Below are positions 24,040 to 37,441 of a stretch of 64,000 bases of DNA, piece after piece; position 1 is the stretch's first letter, and every line of letters begins with the position of its first letter. The stretch is from Antedon mediterranea (lineage: Eukaryota; Animalia; Echinodermata): assembly GCF_964355755.1 (NCBI RefSeq), contig NC_092677.1, positions 27,701,175 through 27,765,174 on the forward strand, written 5' to 3'. Position numbers and translations under genes: made by a program. The notes below the pieces were generated by a model. The model worked only from the letters and a program-made list of their open reading frames with translations. It searched no databases and was not told the origin of the DNA.

Positions 24040-27000
24040 ATGTCCAGTATGGTAATGTTTTTGTTAATTATTTCATATTTGATTGATGGTGGATTAGCAA
24101 GATTTGGTAGTCAACTAGATGATAAGATAATAGACTCAAAGTTTGAGATTATGGGAGAAGTGAGAATTGAAGAGTTCTCGGTGGTTAACGATGTTACAAC
24201 ACTGGAAGTGGTGGTTGAGGATACTATAGGTAAGGCCTTAGACGGACTAAGTGGGCCTAGGTTAGCATTTGTTATATTCTAGTATCTCTTCTAAGTGTTA
24301 CTTCTTCGTATTATGTTAATGATCCCATTTCCAACATTAGAAACATTATAGAACATAAGATGTTACGGTTTACAAACGTTTACCAGAGGCAAGGTTGAAA
24401 TTCTGGTTATAGGTTGTCGACAATGAGGAGTATATGTTAGTCACCGTAATCGCCATGAATCTATATCAATATTAGATTGTAACCTGGCATTGTTTATACC
24501 ATGGACCTATAAATCAGATATAGGTTCATGTTTATACCAATAAGTTTACACCAAAAAAAGAGTAATGTTGACCAGTTTGTTATTGAAAATTTACGCATGG
24601 TTATTTTTAGTATGTGTTTAGGCATTAAGGGTCATCTGGACAAGAATATTGAATAATCTTGTATACTGAGATTTTACGTATTGGAACTAAAGTAACATTA
24701 AGATATTTAACAACTATTAACATTAATTTAGATATTGATGAATTATGGATTGTCGATTTTCAACCTCTGGACTATAACGACCAATTTCCCATTGTCCTAA
24801 AAAATGGTAGTCTCAGTTCCAGACGTACTGGTACATGTTCAAGCATTTACAGAGATGCCGACTGGGAAGATGACTATTTTGACGACAAATATTTTATGAC
24901 GTCAGATGGACAAGGAGAAAAAGATTTCTACAATACATTTGTACGCGGTAACGTTACTGAATTAAACCAGCGACACAATGAAGTAAGTTGTTGTTTATTG
25001 ATTTATTTTCTACAAATGATACATATATAATATATATTACTAATAAATCATAAATTATTTATTAATATAGATGGTGGTGAAAATAATTCTAGAACTAGAC
25101 TTTAAGCAGAGACCACCATTAACAAAATAGAAAAAAAAACCCATTACATTACAATGAGATTGCTGTACAATAAACATATAAATGAATAAATAAATAGAAC
25201 AAAATATTGTTACATTACCAAAATTAATTGTGTTTATATTGATTTATATAAATTGAAATCTGATAACTTTTCCACAAATACAACAATACTACCATAAACA
25301 ATTTTGATTTTATTTTTAATAATCTTGCATTAAAATGTTATTATTTTAGATTGCATTTAATGGTGATTTAATTACTCTCCTTGATTGTCAACAAAAAGAT
25401 GGAACAAAAGCTTGGAAATTTGAAATATTTTATGAAGAAATCCAATACCAATCATTGCTGTATGCCAGTAATGTGCGACCTATCACAGACAACTGGACAC
25501 CAGGGCTAGGAACTAATCTTCAAGTGGCTTATGTGCAAACGCATTTTAAACTTATTTGGCGAATGTCTAGATTTGCTATTTTAAAGTATGTATAATTCAT
25601 TTCAACATATTTTTACCATAAATAATTTTTTCTTTAACTTTAACTACATTTGTTTTACTGCAAAACGTATGAATTTTAATGTAAACGTTCATGATGTAGA
25701 CACTACAAAAATATTGTGTATGATTACCACCCACACTCCCCCAGCCCCGACCCACCATTTCCCCAAAAAGTGTGATACATAATTGACAGGTTATTGAGAG
25801 TTGAAACTAACGCAAATAATATATTTAATATAAACTTTTTAAAACTAATACTGCAAAGGTATTATTGTAATTTAATAAGGTATTTGTGTTAAATGATTTC
25901 ACAGTACAAGCTTGAGAACTAAGGATCCCAGTGATGATAGGCGGTAAGTGAATTTTCCTCAGCCTTTCAAGGTTAGTGTAAACAAGGAGGACTTCTTCCT
26001 CAAGCAATAAAAAAAAAAAAAAAATCTGATTATTTGAAGATTGTCACTAACCTCTTTTAAAACTTGTTAAAATCACAAATAATGTAATTATGTAGGATTA
26101 AATACCTAAATCAATTTTACTAAATTAACTGCAATTTGACCATGTATTATCATTTTCAGATTGTTCTAAATGTCTTTTTACTTTTTCAAATAGTGTATTA
26201 AATTATTCTTTGTATATATTTTTAATGTTATACAAGACCACCCGAGTGTGTTTATACATACTTGGGTGTCTATAGGCCTACAGTCTACTTGTCTGTAAAG
26301 TAAATCATATCCGGTAGATGTATTCTTTTTATTATTTTTATTGTCAATTTTTTCCCAAATAATTGTTTCTCATTATTAAATTCAATAGTATAAAATTATG
26401 ATTTTTTTTCTACATACAGTTTTTTAATAATTGGACAACCAGAGATCATTGACGAAGTTGGTTTGATAACCGTTTTCTTTGATTTTGCTGTTGTTGATGT
26501 TGTGTATGAGAACGGTTCTCCGAATCCATCAAAAACCTACCTTACCATGGGAATCTCGACCACAATCACCGACGGTCAGTCCACCATGCTCTCCTTTAAA
26601 GATGACTCTCTGCAATACATACCAAGAAATAAAGGAAACGCGATTGATTTTATACATCAACAAGTAAGTCATTTTGAGGAGGCATTATTGGTGACATTTT
26701 GTACGAGAAATTCATTATGCGCACGCTTAGTAAAATATGAGCATAATGCAGATTAGAATGACTGTTAGACTCAATAGTTACGTAGTCGCATAAAAAACTA
26801 ACTGAACTAGGTAACTTTTCCGTTGGCTTTTTTTCCTCGGTGTTTGTTGCTTCTTTGTGACACTATTGACCAATTGTTTATTTTTAGCCATCGTCTGATT
26901 TTGATGAAACACCAGCCTGTAAACCGTGGAAACTCGACGACGTTTGTGAGCAGTCCTGGTATTTTGAGTTTGAAATATCACTCAACTTAACTGGCATGAC

Positions 27001-30000
27001 GCAAGACATTCCAGTCGATGCTACTGGAGATTTTGTATTTGCATTCTATACTTACCAATGTGATTACTTGCACAATAAAGCTGGTAAGTAATGTACTTAG
27101 AATTTGGATCCAAAATATTAAATTAATATCAGCATAAGTTTCTAATGTTGTGAAGATAGTAACAATGGTGTTTAAATAGACTGTGCTCTGCTTGATATCA
27201 ACCCATGGTACCTGTCAGCTGACGTCACACTGCAAACAGTAGTTACAGTCATTGATGAAGAACAAGAAACGATTAGAGTGAGTTAAAGATTTCTCTTAGC
27301 TAGATCAAGGAAGATCTAGCGTAATCTAAATTTCTTCTGGTTTGATTGAAGTTAAACATGTTTACCCCTTTACACCATTATAGGCATATGTGTTGTATTA
27401 TGTTTGTTTGTGGAAGATATTCTCAAAAGAATGAAATGCAAATCTAAATACAAATGTATTTTAACAATTTTCAGGTAAATGTGATTGAAGTATCAAACGA
27501 CCAGGGTGATTTAAGAGGAGGAACAGATGTCGGGCACAATGACAATGTCACAATGACTGTAAACCTTTCACCGGCGTACCTTCGCAAGAGCTTCGTTCTT
27601 GAGTTGTCCTTGTTTATGGTGTGTTTCGGAGCCGAGTTTGTAGAGTCAACTCGGGTAAGTGTTTGTTTCAGTCATTGTCTGAGTTAAGGGTCTTTCACAC
27701 CTGATCCGGAACGGTTTCGGTCCGGCGTCGTCAAATCAAATGTTTCCATTTCTCGCGGCTACGCGCATATCTAAATTTGTAAATTTAAAATGTTTTTCAA
27801 CTTTTCTATTCCATTTCCATCAATTCATTGATTTTTTATTAAAATGGTATAATAACGTATCGATTAAATGAAAACTTTTAACCAAAGCCTCTTTCTTTTT
27901 TTAAGGGGTGCTTGGCTGCCGATGAGGATGATCGTTACACAGGATTTGTTTCCGATGATTTTGTTCTCGATTATGATCCAGCCACAGACCCAGTAGAGAT
28001 GGCTGCTATGGCAGATTTTATAGGTAAGCGACTGTTGAGTATCCAAATCAACGTATGTTGCTTTTGGTAAATGGTATGTATTATATTAATTTATTGCATA
28101 GCAAAATAAATATTATTTTCAGAAAGTCAGCAATCGGAGGATGAAGAAGAGGCGACCGGAGTTGTTAATGACAAAGGTCAAATCTTAGATAATCCAGATG
28201 AAGATGGCTACCGTAAGTATACCACCTCAATAATAAATTAATTATGCACAATAAGGAACGTGTATCCTCATGCTCTGCCGTGTACCACATAGCTTTTAGT
28301 TGTTTCCAACGCATAGATTGAAGTGTCAATTTCAGTTTACACATTTTCCTGATTGACACCAATAAGACACGTACGATAGTATTATCTTGTATATATACAG
28401 ACAATAATGACTGATGTGTTGTCTTCTTGTTTATAGAATGGACTTTGGTAATGAAGGCCACGGCTGGAATTGGTGAGGGACTCTATGACATCTGGACGAA
28501 TCCGGGTGGATTGAATGAACTAGAACCAGATTCGCAGATTCTTAACGACGAATTTGTTGGACATTACAAAAACTCTATTGTAGATGAGTGGGATTTACTT
28601 CAAGTTAGGAAAGTCAGTGAAGAATTAATTAGATGAACTGTTTATTTTTCTAGAATAAGGGAAGTGAAACAATGATTGCTAAATATTGCTAAAAATCAAG
28701 TACACACACTATATGGAATCATGAAAATATAAGGAAACCTTTAATTCTGTAATTTTGTTGTTGTTGCTATAACCTGTATTATACTTTTGTGACTGCGCTT
28801 TATTGTAGGTAAAACTGGCATTATATACTGACGAAGAGGAAGTTGTGTATTTTATATTTGATGGTATTGGATCTACTGCCGATTCCTGGTTTTCTCAAAA
28901 CTGTCTGATTGATACCACATTTACAGATTTAAATGCAGATATCTATGTCAACTACTTCTCAATTGCAGGGTATATTATAGTTTTCGTTACTTTCAAAACT
29001 GTGTTTAATATGAATTTATCTTTGTTGTAATTGAGCAGAATGTGTATAAATGCTTAATCGATCATTTAATATTAATAAATAAATATTATTAAATGAAGAA
29101 TCACAATAATATACCCGGTTCTTCATTCAAATTCAATAAGACGTACCGAACACCAACAGATCTAAAAAAAGCGAGCTATTGTTGAATTTACCAATGAGTA
29201 TATTTTATTTTAACTACGATAATGAAATTATTTTTATTTCAGTCATTCAAGAGCAAATCTTCATCGTCGTTGGTTCATTAATAAATCGTATGCAGATTGT
29301 GGCAACGATCGTGGTTGGTTCGCCGTTATCGATGGCGTTGGTGTCTGCCCTTGGGAGAACAATATAGGTGGTTCACCACCGCAGTTTTTATATTCTCCAG
29401 GAACCACTTACAACCGATGGAGACCAGGTTTGTTTGTTATTATTTATTTATACTGAGCAACCTCTTCAAAAAAATCTCAGAGGGCCCATTCAAGATCAGT
29501 GGTGTACTAGTACACCGGGGTAACCCCCTACTCGTCTAAAAAAAAAATGAACTAGTGCACTGGACCTACGGTTTATAATCCTTATCCGAGAAGACTCGTT
29601 CTAGCACCAGAACCATGGTTACCATTTTATTTGTTACAAATGTAGTATTATCCAATTGACTAGGCAAATAATGTTTGTGACGTCAACAAAAATGTGATTT
29701 CACTGATAATTATTGAAAATTAAATACATATCCATTTGTTTTTCATGTTTTCATATTTATCCATTTAAAAATAATAGTCTTTTAAAAATTTTTTGTAGAT
29801 ACTTCGCAATTTGCCGATGTCTTTGCCATTTTTGTTGAACATCAAAAGTTTCCTGGTAATGTATCTGTTTTTTTTCTTTCAGTTAATGTACTTTTTTTCA
29901 AACGATGTCTGTTGGCTTTTACTGACAAATGTATGTCTGTTATTTTCAGTTCCTTCCTTGGTATCGACAAGTTTTATCTATACGCAGGAGACGACCAACT

Positions 30001-33000
30001 TATATACATTGAACCGGGGCTTTTCGAAAGGTTCAAGGGGTGATACACCGCAATCAACAAACTTTAATTTATTAACAACAGATAATGAATATTCATCAAC
30101 TCGTCATTTCATAATGGTTGCCAACGCAACTTCACAGTTTCCCGCCATCGTAACCGACGATGAAACAACCGAAAACAGTTTTACTGTAAATTCGATATTT
30201 TATGAAGTGAATCAAGAAATCATCAGTAATAACTTGTTAGAAAGATTTTATTCAGCAGTTTCTTTTCTTCCTTCTAATTTAATTTCATATATCGGTAATA
30301 GAAATCCTCAGAGACTGACGTGTCTTATGTTTGATGATGTGGAAGATCCAGCACAGTTTTTTTTAAAATACAAACCAGTATGGGTGAATATTGATCGAGG
30401 TCTCTTGGACTATTTCTTACGTTTGCGTGAGTTGTATAGATACCTTCTAAGCGTTTGTAACCACTTATTAGTCAATAATATTGATGCTCTAAGTTTACGA
30501 AGATCATCAATAAGTCAACTTGAAGATATTTTGCAAAATCCTGTAGTCGTGTATGAACTTTTATCTAGTAAGATTTACTTCCGGGAGATGGGCCTGCTGG
30601 ACGATAATCTCTTCGCGGTTTTAAATGTTGCGACGTTATCGACAGAAATTGACGAAGCCGGTGAAGAGAAATGTAAACCTGTAATAGTGTACAACATTAT
30701 TTATGTTATTGTTATTACACAGGACATGGAGTTAATCGATTTTATTGATCCTTTACTAAATTTAAACTTTGCGATTAATTTTATCTATGATCTAATTGAA
30801 ACTACAGAAGTTCTGCTACCGACTGCCGTCTTTCAAACTTTAACAAATGGTGTTCTGAACGGGACATATAGTGACACTGAGGTCACTGTTAAAAACTTTA
30901 TTTCCGACCTCTACGACTTTCTTGCGCCTGGACGCACTCTATCCATTCCATTCATAGATAATTACGAAGAAGAGTTCTACCGCTCATTTGTTAATATTGT
31001 TATTGGTCGAAAGGCTACTCTTAATGGAAAGAAACTTGTGCCCTCTCCATTCGAGACAACTGAACCCGAGTATATTGATGGTAAATTTAGGCAGGGGTAT
31101 GTTGAAACTTGTCATATTAATTGGGATACAATTGTTCAGTTCTGGACATTTAATTCTCCGTATTATAAGGACGTTCCGGCTTTCAAAGGAGGGTGGGATA
31201 GTTGGGCAGATTGGGAAAGTTGTTCAGTAAAATGTGGAGGAGGATTACAAATACGAACACGCGAGTGCCTTGATGATATTAATGGTTGCTTTGGTGAATC
31301 TCTTCAGACAAGAGCGTGTAATCCACTACGATGTGAGATTTACATCAACAAGCAGAGTAAGTTGGATCCACTGGAGCACAGTGTATTAACATACGAACAT
31401 TTCTTTTGTAAAAAAAAAATACTCCTTGATTTCAATATATATTTCTTGGTATATTTTGAATTTAAGTTGCTCAATTTATAGGGAAAAAATCGAATTCCTA
31501 ACCGTTTTTTTTTTGTCAAAATCATTATTAGAGTTTAACATAATATGTGTCAGAATTGTATGTTTTTTCATAAGTATTATCTTAAGCGAACGCAAGTTAT
31601 TAAAATCACTGATGTGGCTTGAAAAAAAAAAAGAAAAAAAAAGTTTAAATATTATTTTTCACAGTGTTTGTATTATTTCGCTTAATTAACTTGAAAACTA
31701 TTACTTACTATTATTAAACTTGATAATTAGGGATTTCTCTCTATTCTGTATTCTGACATTTTCTATGTTGCAACTAAATGGAAAATGTTTTTCTTTTATA
31801 AAGATTTTGGAACTCAATTGGTTTTCATCAATTCGACTATGACGTCAGCAGAAGCTGTACAATATTGTGATGACGTAGGTAGTCATCTTCCAGATATTGA
31901 TGATCTTGATTTAATGAAGGCTCTTTTAGATTACATGACTAATATGGAAGATACTTACATTGGTAAATTTGTAAACTTAACTAAAAACTGGCAATTGTAC
32001 AATTTAAACAATTGCTTAATGTTCAATTTCAATATTAGCCGATTTCTGTTTGTTGTACTGTATTCCTTGCCCGATTCCATGTATATGTATAATAGCAACA
32101 CCAATGTAAATAGGAAAACATGACATGATATAAACCATCAATATCTTTAACACTACAATATCATTGTCCACTGGTTAAATGATTTATGAACTTGACCTAA
32201 GTAAGAATTAATAACATAGTCCGAAATTTATAAGTACGGTGTAACATTATAGTGCGTTTCATATTCTTTAGAGGCTGTTTATGTACTTGCATCTTCCGAG
32301 GACGACTTAATTGAATCGAGTGAATGTAAATTGTTATTGTAAGTTGTTAATGTAATTTCTTTATACGAATATTTTATCATTAAATAAAATTATTATTAAT
32401 TTGTTTAATAAAGTTAGTGTGATCAAAATGGCTCGCAAAGTCCTGTCTAAACTATCAAACTAGTTTGAAGTGTGGTGTGCCCAAATATAGTAGTAATATG
32501 ACACCATCGTGTTCATATATATTTGTTTTTGTCACATAAGTTTTGATATTGTAGACAGAGCTTTAATAATATCAATAATCTTTTTTTTTTTTTATAGTTT
32601 TGACGGAAAAATAACGTCGGGAGAAGATTGTTCAGAACCTTTCAATCTATTTTGCCAGAGTGGTAATACATTTTGTTTTAGAGATTAAATTACTTTTTTT
32701 AATGAAAATTGTGAAACTAAACCGCTGATGAAAATCCTAAAATAGAATTGAGAATTGTAGTATGACTCATAATATTGAATTTCCAATCAGTAAAACAAAG
32801 AACCATGCAAGATACTACACAATTGTATTTATTCTCTTCTTAGATTATGTAAATGTTTTAAAAGTTGAAGCTGGCTCTGGAGTAAACGTGTATGACATTT
32901 GGACCGGATCTGATACCATTAGTGACGAAATAGGTACGACTGCTTCTAGCATATTCTCAACAGAAACTTTTAAAAGTCAGTTTGTTGAAGAATGGAACAC

Positions 33001-36000
33001 AGATATATCAATCGAAGAGGTAAGACACACATCAATAATATAAGAGGGCATGGGCAATGGTCCAAATTAATTAATTTGGGAATTACAAAATCCTTTATTA
33101 AGTTAAAGGATTTTGGGAATTACAAGCTCCTTCCTTATGTTATTCTTTCCTTGAAGGAACTCCCACTTTCTATCAAATATTCACCAACTTTCGATTCTTT
33201 TAAAGTTAATGTTAAGGACACAGTGCTTATTTTTTCCTTCAGCTCTCCACTTCATCTTGTTTTTGCATCATGTTTGTTTTTATGTTCAGCTTATTTGTCT
33301 GCTAGAAGAAGGAATAAAATAAACAAATAAAATAAAATTAAAAAACATGCAAATACTACCTTTCGTAGGTTAGAATAATGCTACTTGATGATGACTTAAA
33401 ATCTGTTTGGAAGATGACGTTTAATGGAAGTCTAACCGATAAGATTGACTGGTTCTCAGAAGAAAATGTTCTCACATCGCAGTACAACGATTTAGAAGAC
33501 TCTGGAAAAACATTTTTCAGTATCCAAGGGTGAGTTGATGATTTGGAAGTTTGATGGTTACATAAAACAGGAAATAAAAAATATAATGGTTATATTACAT
33601 CTTTCTGTGGATGAAGAGGTCTAATTGACGGTGTTTTCCAATCTTCAGGAATTTTGCATCTGTCCCAATTCCCCAAATTCCTGTTTATAGAGAAGAATGG
33701 CATTCTGCGTGATACGCATGCGTTAAGAAATATTCTTATTATTCATAAATGTGACTATTTTACAGCAATAAAAGAGCTGAAAGACGCTTCTATATAAATG
33801 ACAATTGCCAAGGATGTCACTTAGACTCTGGATGGTTTATGGTTCTCGATAATCCAGGTCACTGCGCATGGGAAGAAAATTTCGCGAAGTCATCGCCACA
33901 ATTTATGTATAGTGGCGGGAAAACACAAGAGGTTTGGGCAGGTAAATCCTATCCTATTTATATATCAGATTCAACATTTTATTGATGATTGAGTGACTCT
34001 ATGATTCATTAACACTTTTAACGTTTAAAACATAATTTTGGAAAATAGAAAGATGAAAGTAAACTTGTATTTTTTTAAATGGCATGTTCTATTTTTACAT
34101 TTTTTTATTATAGAAAATGACAATTTTGCACGAATGTTTGTTATCTCGCTTAAATTCAGAAATGAAGGTAAGGTATTTACAGTATTGTTTTTTTTAAGTG
34201 CGAGTTTAGGTGACGCCATATAGGGGCATCGGGAAATGTGCATCGTCTTTAAAACACGCGCTTGAAATACCGTGACACTACCACTATACTAATGCATCAC
34301 ATACTTTTTTTTCTACATCAATATTTGTATTCTTTTTGGAAGCTGGTCGTCAGAGAGGCTATGTTGGTGCAGTAGCGGAGAGGTACAGAGCTGATTCGGT
34401 AACACCACCAACAGAGGGACAACAATTAAACTTTGCCGAATACGACCGAGAACAAGCTTTACATGAAACTCAGTTCACCAATAAAGCAATGTCGGGTGAG
34501 ATTCTACTACCGGATTTAACTGGGGGCTAAAAAAGCTTTTTCCCCCACCCTAAAATTAAACAGATAATGTATAAATTAATAATAAAATAATGACTATTTT
34601 TATTTTTCTTCAACCCGACCGATCGTTTTATCATTTATGAAATATTTAGCCCCCCTAATCAATAATTCTAGATCCCCCCAGATTACAGTTTTTGCAGTTC
34701 CAAACTGTAACTGTATGTTTATACGCAAAATTACAATTACAATCCACAATGGAATAGCCATCGCTTTTTATTGGGTCAATTCGCTTATGTTGCGCCTTAC
34801 TTCCCTGTATTGCGTCCTAGTGAGAACAGTGAAATTTACTTTATTCGATTCAATAGGAGTAACTGCAGAGTACACGTTGACGGCAGTTTATAGTTTAACA
34901 CCCCAAAACAGTCGACGAAAACGACAGGCACAAGAAGATGATGACGATTATTATCGCCGTCATCGACGAAGTTTGGACGAGGCTGTTAAGAAACCTCAGG
35001 TATATTACCAACATAAAATTCCTCTACAAATTACTAAATTTTTATTTAATAAAACTTTCAAATCTTTCCTTATTTCTAAATATTAATGCTTCCCCCTGGT
35101 GATGTGTGTTCGTGTATGTATGTGTGTGTTTGTGCATGTTCTGTATGTAGTGTCTGTTTGTGTTGTGATTCGTGTCCTGTAAGTTTGTTTGTTGTGTTAT
35201 TTATTACTTCATTGTGTGGGCTTCCACATCACAGGCTGTTGCACATGTTGCTGTTCTTTTTATATAAGGTTTATTTGATGTTATCAATATATAAAACCAA
35301 TTTAAAAAAAAAAAGGAAAAAGGAAGTGAATATTAGTCTATAATTTATTGGCTATATATATATATGTATATTTATGAAATATATTATTTGAAACTCGTAT
35401 TCTTTTTTAATACCTTATTTATTTGTTTTATTGTTATTGAGTGAAAGAAAGAAAATAAATGTTGACGTTGAATTGAATTCCACTTAACTGTTAATTGCAG
35501 ATATTTCATATTTTGAATTATTTTATTTTGTTTTGCAACGCAAATGAAGTATCCGCAATGCAAGGTTGACTCAATCGACGGATAACAAAACTCTTCTCTG
35601 ACTGCTGAAAACGCTGCTATAGCCCACTTTTGTTTAAAAAAAGTAGAATTATTCCTACACCGAAATACAGTAGAACTCATAAGGGGACCCAACAATTTGT
35701 CACAATAACGCTGTTCTCCGAACAACGGTGTAGGCCTACCGAACCTAGAAAATTGAAAGTTACCAATTAATGATTTAACTACTTTTTTCAGCTTCGGAAC
35801 ATCAGATTCTCATTTCTTGGATGTCCTGAAGACTCAACATTCAACCCGATAGACAGGACCTGCTACTGCAATACAATAGGTCACGTGGTGCAACGAATCC
35901 CTTACAAATGTGCACCACCAACAAGGAAAATAAAAATTGATAAAGATAAAATAGAAATTATAATCGAAGGGGATCGTAGTAAACCAAATTCGTCAACTAA

Positions 36001-36061
36001 AAAACAATTATTTTTTTACCAAACATTTATCTTTGTCTGTCTTGGTATAATTATACCGTAA
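24040..36061 (+). CDS. Large secreted/possibly GPI-anchored multidomain protein, ARIS/egg-coat-like by resemblance, with two copies of a Trp/Cys-rich module, a TSP1 repeat and a degenerate C-type-lectin-like domain
   Basis: About 24 phase-compatible GT-AG exons (first 24040-24229, 24732-24982, 25350-25585, 26420-26663, 26888-27083, 27180-27277, 27475-27654, 27906-28023, 28123-28212, 28437-28612 ... 29950-31356 ... 34857-34999, last 35792-36061). Signal peptide MSSMVMFLLIISYLIDGGLA; TSP1 WDSWADWESCSVKCGGGLQIRTREC; furin-like RRKR and RHRR; Cys-rich tail CPEDSTF..CYC..C; hydrophobic end LFFYQTFIFVCLGIIIP-stop. Gene model is solid, family name is tentative. Confidence 0.8.
29485..29620 (-). mobile_element. 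SINE fragment
   Basis: Minus strand GAGTCTTCTCGGATAAGGATTATAAACCGTAGGTCC resembles a conserved metazoan SINE central domain (recalled, not searched). Confidence 0.4.
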
Positions 36062-36336
36062 TACTACCTAAAATAAAGTCAGGTATCAATGATCTAGAAT
36101 TATTTGTTAGTATGGTAGGCCTATCATCATGTTGGTTTATGGATTAAGAATACATTTCTATTTATTATAAAATTTAAATCTTTGCAATGTTAATTATTAC
36201 CCCACTAATTTTCCGTCAAAAGCAGAACAAGCGCCGTGTGAAATAAGTCTTTCTTAAAAGTGTTACTAAAGGAATTTTCTCGTAATGTTATAAGATAGGA
36301 AATTACCAGACTTTATACCCGGAGCTACCCTTTAAA

Positions 36337-37441
36337 CAGAGCCATATAATTATAATATAATAATATATATGCAGATCAAATTGTGTCAAACTTGTCTCCA
36401 TTAATGCATGTAACTGATAAACTGATAAACTGATAAAATACTTTTATTGCAACTTTTGGGTTGAATTATACAAAAATATATACTTATACTTAAATGAAAA
36501 AATATATCAAATCCATCAACGATATAAATCAAATAACACAAAAACATCGAAGAACAGACAAACTGAAGTCAAGTCAGGGAACGAAGCGACTGTGCAGGGA
36601 TATATATGTATGCTTACCACTTGTGAAAGAGACCAAAGTTTACAATAACATTTTTTGATCGTTCCGTTTTTATTTTTGGAATGCAAAATTCTTTAACTTG
36701 TCTTAAATTGTATCTAAATTTTGGCGCTTTTGGAAGAAGGTGAAGGTAGTCTATGGGAAGGGTTTTAAAGTTTCTGATAGTAATCCTTGCACAGTCTAGT
36801 TCGACGTTCACATAGCACAGGCACATTACATTGAGCCATTGCTTTGTTGTAACTGAGCTCTGGGAACGTGATTCTAAGCGCCCTTCGTTGGATACTTTCC
36901 AGTTGGTCAGACTGCAATTTAGTTAATAAACGGGGACGGCGTATTCTAGTACAGGTAAAGTATAGGAGCAACAAAATACTTTCAACTTTTTCTTATATTA
37001 AATTTTACGGTGAAATATCGACGTGCACAGCGTACACAGAAGTACTTGTGTATATAGCAACACTATAACACTATAACACTATAACACTTTATTATTTTAT
37101 TTAGTCATCAAAGCATGCATTATGAATTGAAAATATTACATAATTGTTATTAATAGGACGTAGTTATGGGATGTTTTGTTCCAAAATCAATCAATCGAAC
37201 GTTATAATGTACTAGCGCACGCGCGCGCAATATTCTTTGCCGCAAGTACTTCTGTACGCTGTGCACATCGATATTTCATCGTAAAATGTGCAATTACATT
37301 TTTTTTAATACAAGAAAAAATTGAAAGTATTTTGTTGCTCCTATACTTTACATGCATTAATGCAGACAAGTTTGACACATTTTGATCTGCATATCACGTG
37401 ACTATAATCCAATGTCGTAACTCTTTATATATATGGCTCTG
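36337..37441. mobile_element. Foldback/MITE element with long (~200 bp) TIRs, left arm split by a LINE insertion
   Basis: CAGAGCCATATA...TATATGGCTCTG ends; 36367-36413 plus 36955-37050 are the reverse complement of ~37238-37395; flanks CCTTTAAA / CCTTTAAT (7 of 8 match). Confidence 0.75.
36412..36921 (-). mobile_element. 3' fragment of a CR1/L2-group LINE (RT C-terminal region, frameshifted)
   Basis: Peptides LESIQRRALRITFPELSY...LCERRTRLC and LHLLP..RYNLR....IPKIKTER in adjacent frames; short-repeat tail (TTTATCAG)3 at ~36413-36437. Confidence 0.8.

Noticed and set aside
35384-35725. 113-aa minus-strand ORF in the last intron of the secreted-protein gene
   Set aside because: No recognisable motif; flanking exons join in phase without it.
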